This document shows positions 7,043-10,175 of a stretch of DNA of 10,175 nt, piece by piece. The DNA is from Synechococcus sp. GTDB taxonomy: Bacteria; Cyanobacteriota; Cyanobacteriia; Thermostichales; PCC-7336. A program made the translations under genes and the position numbers. Numbering within the stretch: position 1 is the stretch's first letter; each line of letters begins with the position of its first letter. Below the pieces are notes generated by a model. It did no database searches. It saw only the letters and a program-made list of their open reading frames with translations, and was not told where the DNA came from. The stretch spans positions 1-10,175 of the forward strand of contig JBFRWD010000007.1 in assembly GCA_051439425.1 (NCBI GenBank), in the 5' to 3' direction.

Positions 7043-8308
7043 TCACTTGCTCTCTGTTTGCGCGATGTCAATCGGTAGAGCGTACGGATCGCGCCCCCGA
7101 CCTGTGGCAAATTTGATCGATGCCGTTAGGGAGGATGCCGAGCAGGTGATGAAGATGGTTGCTGCGGCACCGACCATGCCAGCTGCCAGCGTAAAGAGTC
7201 GCGAGTAACCCAGAGTGGCGGATAGAGATGCAAACAGAAAACCAGCACTCGCGATCCCCACATCGAACCCCGTCAAGCACAGCCCAAACAGTCGAGCCCG
7301 CTCGTTGGGTTGAGAGCGATCGGCTAAGAGGGCCGATATTGTCGGAATTAAGACCCCGAAACCGGCTCCATGTAGCCCTCCAGCCAGCAAGATTTCTCTA
7401 CCGCTGTGGGCATTTGCTAAGACGAGTAGGGCTACAGCCATACCGACGAGTGCTGCAGTTACAAACAAACCGCGCCCCCAGCGATCGCTCGCCCTGCCGA
7501 CAACGACCCGCATCACAAAGGTCACGGCAGATGATGCTAAGTAAAACAGGCCGGGATTGATTCCAAAGTCTCCACTTCGGACGAATATCGGCATGAATGT
7601 TGTCAGGACACCAAATGCTAACCCAACAAAGAGCATAGTGACGGATGGTGCGATGATACGAGGCTGGGTTAGCAAGCCCCAGAAGCGGCTGTCAGATGCT
7701 CGAGCTAAAGATGATAACGAGGGTGGCTCTGGAACCCTACTGGCTAAGAGCCAACCAATTCCCCCGAGTCCCGCTGACAGTAAAAACAGCGCGCGATATC
7801 CTCCCCATTCCAATGCGTAGCCACCAATGGCTGGCCCTACCATCAATCCGATCGGGTTCACCAGGCTCATGTACCCAATCACAGTGCCGCGAAAGTCTGG
7901 AGGGGCAACGTCAGTGACTAGGGCAACATAAGCCGTTGCAAATGCTGCAATACTGATGCCGTGACCGGCTCGAATCAGAACGATCGCCGGTATCGAGTTC
8001 ACAAATAGATAGCCAATTGGAGCAAGGGTTGCTGCGACAAGGCCGATTTGCAGCACTAGCTTGCGACCACGGCGATCGGCCAGCGGCCCCAGCCAAGGGC
8101 GAGAGGCGACTAGCCCAACGGCGAATGCTCCCATTGCGATTCCCACTTGCCAGTCACTACCTCCCACATCCGATATATAGAGGGGTAGTGTCGGTAAGAG
8201 GGTAGTCATGCTGGCCCAGAAGAGTAGCCCTGCTATGAAGAGCTGGCCAAGCGCTTGTTGATGCTCGGTGGATAGCTGAAGTTTTTGAGCGGACACCTTC
8301 ACTGTCAC
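7043..8308 (-). CDS. Major facilitator superfamily transporter
   Basis: 421 aa, about 12 hydrophobic segments, MFS motif A twice (GPLADRRGRK, GRASDRWGRG), and G..VGPAIGG motif. GTG start overlaps the upstream stop. Confidence 0.92.
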   Translation of the reverse strand: MTVKVSAQKLQLSTEHQQALGQLFIAGLLFWASMTTLLPTLPLYISDVGGSDWQVGIAMGAFAVGLVASRPWLGPLADRRGRKLVLQIGLVAATLAPIGYLFVNSIPAIVLIRAGHGISIAAFATAYVALVTDVAPPDFRGTVIGYMSLVNPIGLMVGPAIGGYALEWGGYRALFLLSAGLGGIGWLLASRVPEPPSLSSLARASDSRFWGLLTQPRIIAPSVTMLFVGLAFGVLTTFMPIFVRSGDFGINPGLFYLASSAVTFVMRVVVGRASDRWGRGLFVTAALVGMAVALLVLANAHSGREILLAGGLHGAGFGVLIPTISALLADRSQPNERARLFGLCLTGFDVGIASAGFLFASLSATLGYSRLFTLAAGMVGAAATIFITCSASSLTASIKFATGRGRDPYALPIDIAQTESK

Positions 8309-9840
8309 AATGCGTTCTGCTGCTGAAGGGTATATAGTTCCCGCACCAACTGATTGGTTTGGCGGCTGGGGACTAAGGAATTGGCGCAGAGAATTCCAGA
8401 GGCTGCTACCGCCGGTACGCCAATTCCCGGCATCGTACTGTCGCCGACGCGATATAGGTTCTCAATGCTGGTCTTGCATCCTGGAAACATCCCCCGGTCG
8501 GGAGGTATCGCAGGTCCATAGGTTCCTTTGTATCGGCGCAGAAAGCGAGCGTGAGTGATCGGAGTGCCGATCAACTCTAAAGTGACGCGATCGCGAATGT
8601 CGGGAATGACGCGTTCCAGAGCCCGATACAAGACTTGAGCTTGTGCCACTTTCCGGTGCTCGTACCCGCTACCGTACTCCCACCCTGCATAGGGCTCCAG
8701 AGTGTAGGCGTGGACGGCGTGATGGCCTGCCGGTGCCATACTGCTATCCCACACGGTGGGGATGGAAATCATGCAGGTATTGCCTGGGTCTGAAATATCG
8801 CGCTCGCGATCGTGAACCACTACATGATGACCGGTCAGCTCTTTTAGTCCATCTGCCCGTATGCCTAAATGCAAATGCATAAAGCTGGGGACGGCGTCTG
8901 TCGTCTCCGCTAATGTCCGCTCCCGTGCTGGTAAATGCTGGGGATCTATGAGGTGCTGAGCGGTGTCCCATAGTGTGGCATTTGAAATTACAACATCAGC
9001 AATTACCCGTTCGCCACCAGTGAGTTCGACTCCCATTGCCTGTCCGTTATCTATCAAAATCTTGCTAACGTGCGATCTCAGTCGCACCATCCCTCCATAT
9101 TTCTCCAGACCTCGCACTAAGGCCGCCACGATCGACCCGCTTCCTCCCACTGGATAATCAATCACCGAGCGATCCCGCTCTCCATACATAAAGGCCATTT
9201 CAGGCGTTACGGTTCCGTCTGCCTTTAATCCTGACAGTAGGAAGCACTCCAGATCGATGAGGCGGCGCACCCAGCGATCGGATACCGTCCGATTCATGAC
9301 ATCTCCAACCGATCCCTGCACGGCGGCCAACTGAGGGAGCAGTTGTGCCATTGCCGGTAGGTAACAGCTGAAGAGTGTGGGAAATACTCGCCAATCTCCA
9401 CGCAAATGCAGCGTCGGGACATGACTCAAGGCCTCATACAGCTTCAGCATTTCTTGCTCAAACTGTTGTAGTTCTTTTGCGCCCTGTGGTGTAACCAGTG
9501 CAACAGCAGCCCTATATTGTTCAAGATTGCTGTAGACCGGAAACGTTACTTCGGGGAAGTGGTAATGACCAAGCGGGTCGTAGGCAATCGCCTCAACCGA
9601 CTCTCCTAGAACATCCAGCACCTGGCGCAGTGGATTGAGACTGCTGTGATCGCCTAAACCACAGAAAAAAGAAGGGCCAGAATCAAATTGGTAACCATCC
9701 CGTTTAAATGTGTGCGCTGCCCCACCTGCAATTGAATGGCTTTCGAATATTGTGACCTTCCATCCATATCGAGCCAGCAAAGCTCCAGCCACCAATCCAC
9801 CAATACCGCTTCCCACGATTGCTGCGCTCTGCTGTTCCAC
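8305..9840 (-). CDS. FAD-dependent oxidoreductase of the phytoene desaturase / carotenoid isomerase (CrtI/CrtISO-like) family
   Basis: 511 aa. Rossmann IVGSGIGGL..GALLA, then FESH...GGAAH.F.RDGY.FDSGPS, PSFMHLHLGI, GTPITHARFL and GDSTMPGIGVPAVAASG. GTG start with a GGGAGA RBS upstream. Confidence 0.88.
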   Translation of the reverse strand: MEQQSAAIVGSGIGGLVAGALLARYGWKVTIFESHSIAGGAAHTFKRDGYQFDSGPSFFCGLGDHSSLNPLRQVLDVLGESVEAIAYDPLGHYHFPEVTFPVYSNLEQYRAAVALVTPQGAKELQQFEQEMLKLYEALSHVPTLHLRGDWRVFPTLFSCYLPAMAQLLPQLAAVQGSVGDVMNRTVSDRWVRRLIDLECFLLSGLKADGTVTPEMAFMYGERDRSVIDYPVGGSGSIVAALVRGLEKYGGMVRLRSHVSKILIDNGQAMGVELTGGERVIADVVISNATLWDTAQHLIDPQHLPARERTLAETTDAVPSFMHLHLGIRADGLKELTGHHVVVHDRERDISDPGNTCMISIPTVWDSSMAPAGHHAVHAYTLEPYAGWEYGSGYEHRKVAQAQVLYRALERVIPDIRDRVTLELIGTPITHARFLRRYKGTYGPAIPPDRGMFPGCKTSIENLYRVGDSTMPGIGVPAVAASGILCANSLVPSRQTNQLVRELYTLQQQNAL

Positions 9841-10050
9841 AGGGCTTCTCTCCCAATTAAGAATGCGGTCTTACCAGTCTCTGTTGCAGAGAGTATCATT
9901 GCCGCCGATACCAGACTTGCATCGCGGGTACACAAAATTGATTGCCCTTTTTCTTGGGGCATGTACGTACAAACCGTAGCAGCAACCCGAGAAAGTGGTG
10001 GCTCTTAGGAGCCTAATCTAAAAGGCCTAAGTTGAATTTCAGAGTTCCAG

Positions 10051-10101
10051 AAATTTTTTTTGAGAAAGGGTATTGACATGTTGAATTGAAGTCGTTATGT
10101 T
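10051..10101 (+). promoter_or_regulatory. Strong sigma70-type promoter, probably of an rRNA (stable RNA) operon
   Basis: Perfect TTGACA (10073-10078), 17-bp spacer, TATGTT (10096-10101), preceded by an A/T tract (10051-10061) in the UP-element position. Confidence 0.75.
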
Positions 10102-10104
10102 GGT

Positions 10105-10175
10105 TAAGCGCTCAAGGGAGCGGGGGCTGAAATCCCCAGCGAGCAAGGGCGTCCGAACCATGACAGAGAAATAGT
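10105..10175 (+). other. Probable rRNA operon 5' leader (partial)
   Basis: Hairpins CGCTC-AAGG-GAGCG (10109-10122) and GGGG-CTGAAAT-CCCC, followed by CCGAACCATGACAGAGAAATAGT, which resembles the boxA-containing segment of cyanobacterial rrn leaders. The 16S gene itself is not in the window. Confidence 0.55.

Larger units (their letters stand above)
479..8594. repeat. Dispersed HIP1 octamer GCGATCGC (9 perfect copies)
   Basis: Copies start at 479, 1039, 1599, 2771, 3974, 5420, 6327, 7481 and 8587. About 0.16 copies are expected by chance at uniform base composition. Many one-mismatch variants are also present. Confidence 0.9.

Noticed and set aside
8305..9840. Calling the oxidoreductase crtH or crtI
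   Set aside because: Family membership is clear, but the motifs differ from those I recall for cyanobacterial CrtH. Orthology cannot be established without a phylogeny.
1..10175. CRISPR array, transposase, integrase, tRNA, and the remaining short ORFs in the track
   Set aside because: No regularly spaced repeats, mobile-element motifs or cloverleaf were seen. The other short ORFs mostly overlap confident genes in alternative frames, and none shows a recognisable motif.

Overview
Cyanobacterial chromosomal window: nine perfect HIP1 octamers (GCGATCGC), an IctB-family gene and an HU gene. From left to right: gluconokinase (-), GNAT acetyltransferase (-), YkuE-like metallophosphoesterase (+), HU (+), a bidirectional terminator, then a minus-strand run. 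Read in transcription order, that run is: CrtISO/phytoene-desaturase-like FAD oxidoreductase, MFS transporter (4-nt overlap), ictB, a Crp/Fnr-family regulator, an OmpR-type regulator with a degenerate receiver, and a small exported Met-rich protein. The window ends in a strong sigma70-type promoter and leader that look like the start of an rRNA operon. The most interesting part is 3124-5493. The same palindrome, ATGAY-N4-RTCAT (Crp/Fnr-type geometry), lies upstream of each of the three last genes of the run. The terminal gene resembles a single DUF305/CopM repeat with its His-His motif lost and Met greatly enriched. This suggests a self-contained, possibly metal- or redox-responsive regulatory cascade. 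That function is inference and has not been tested.
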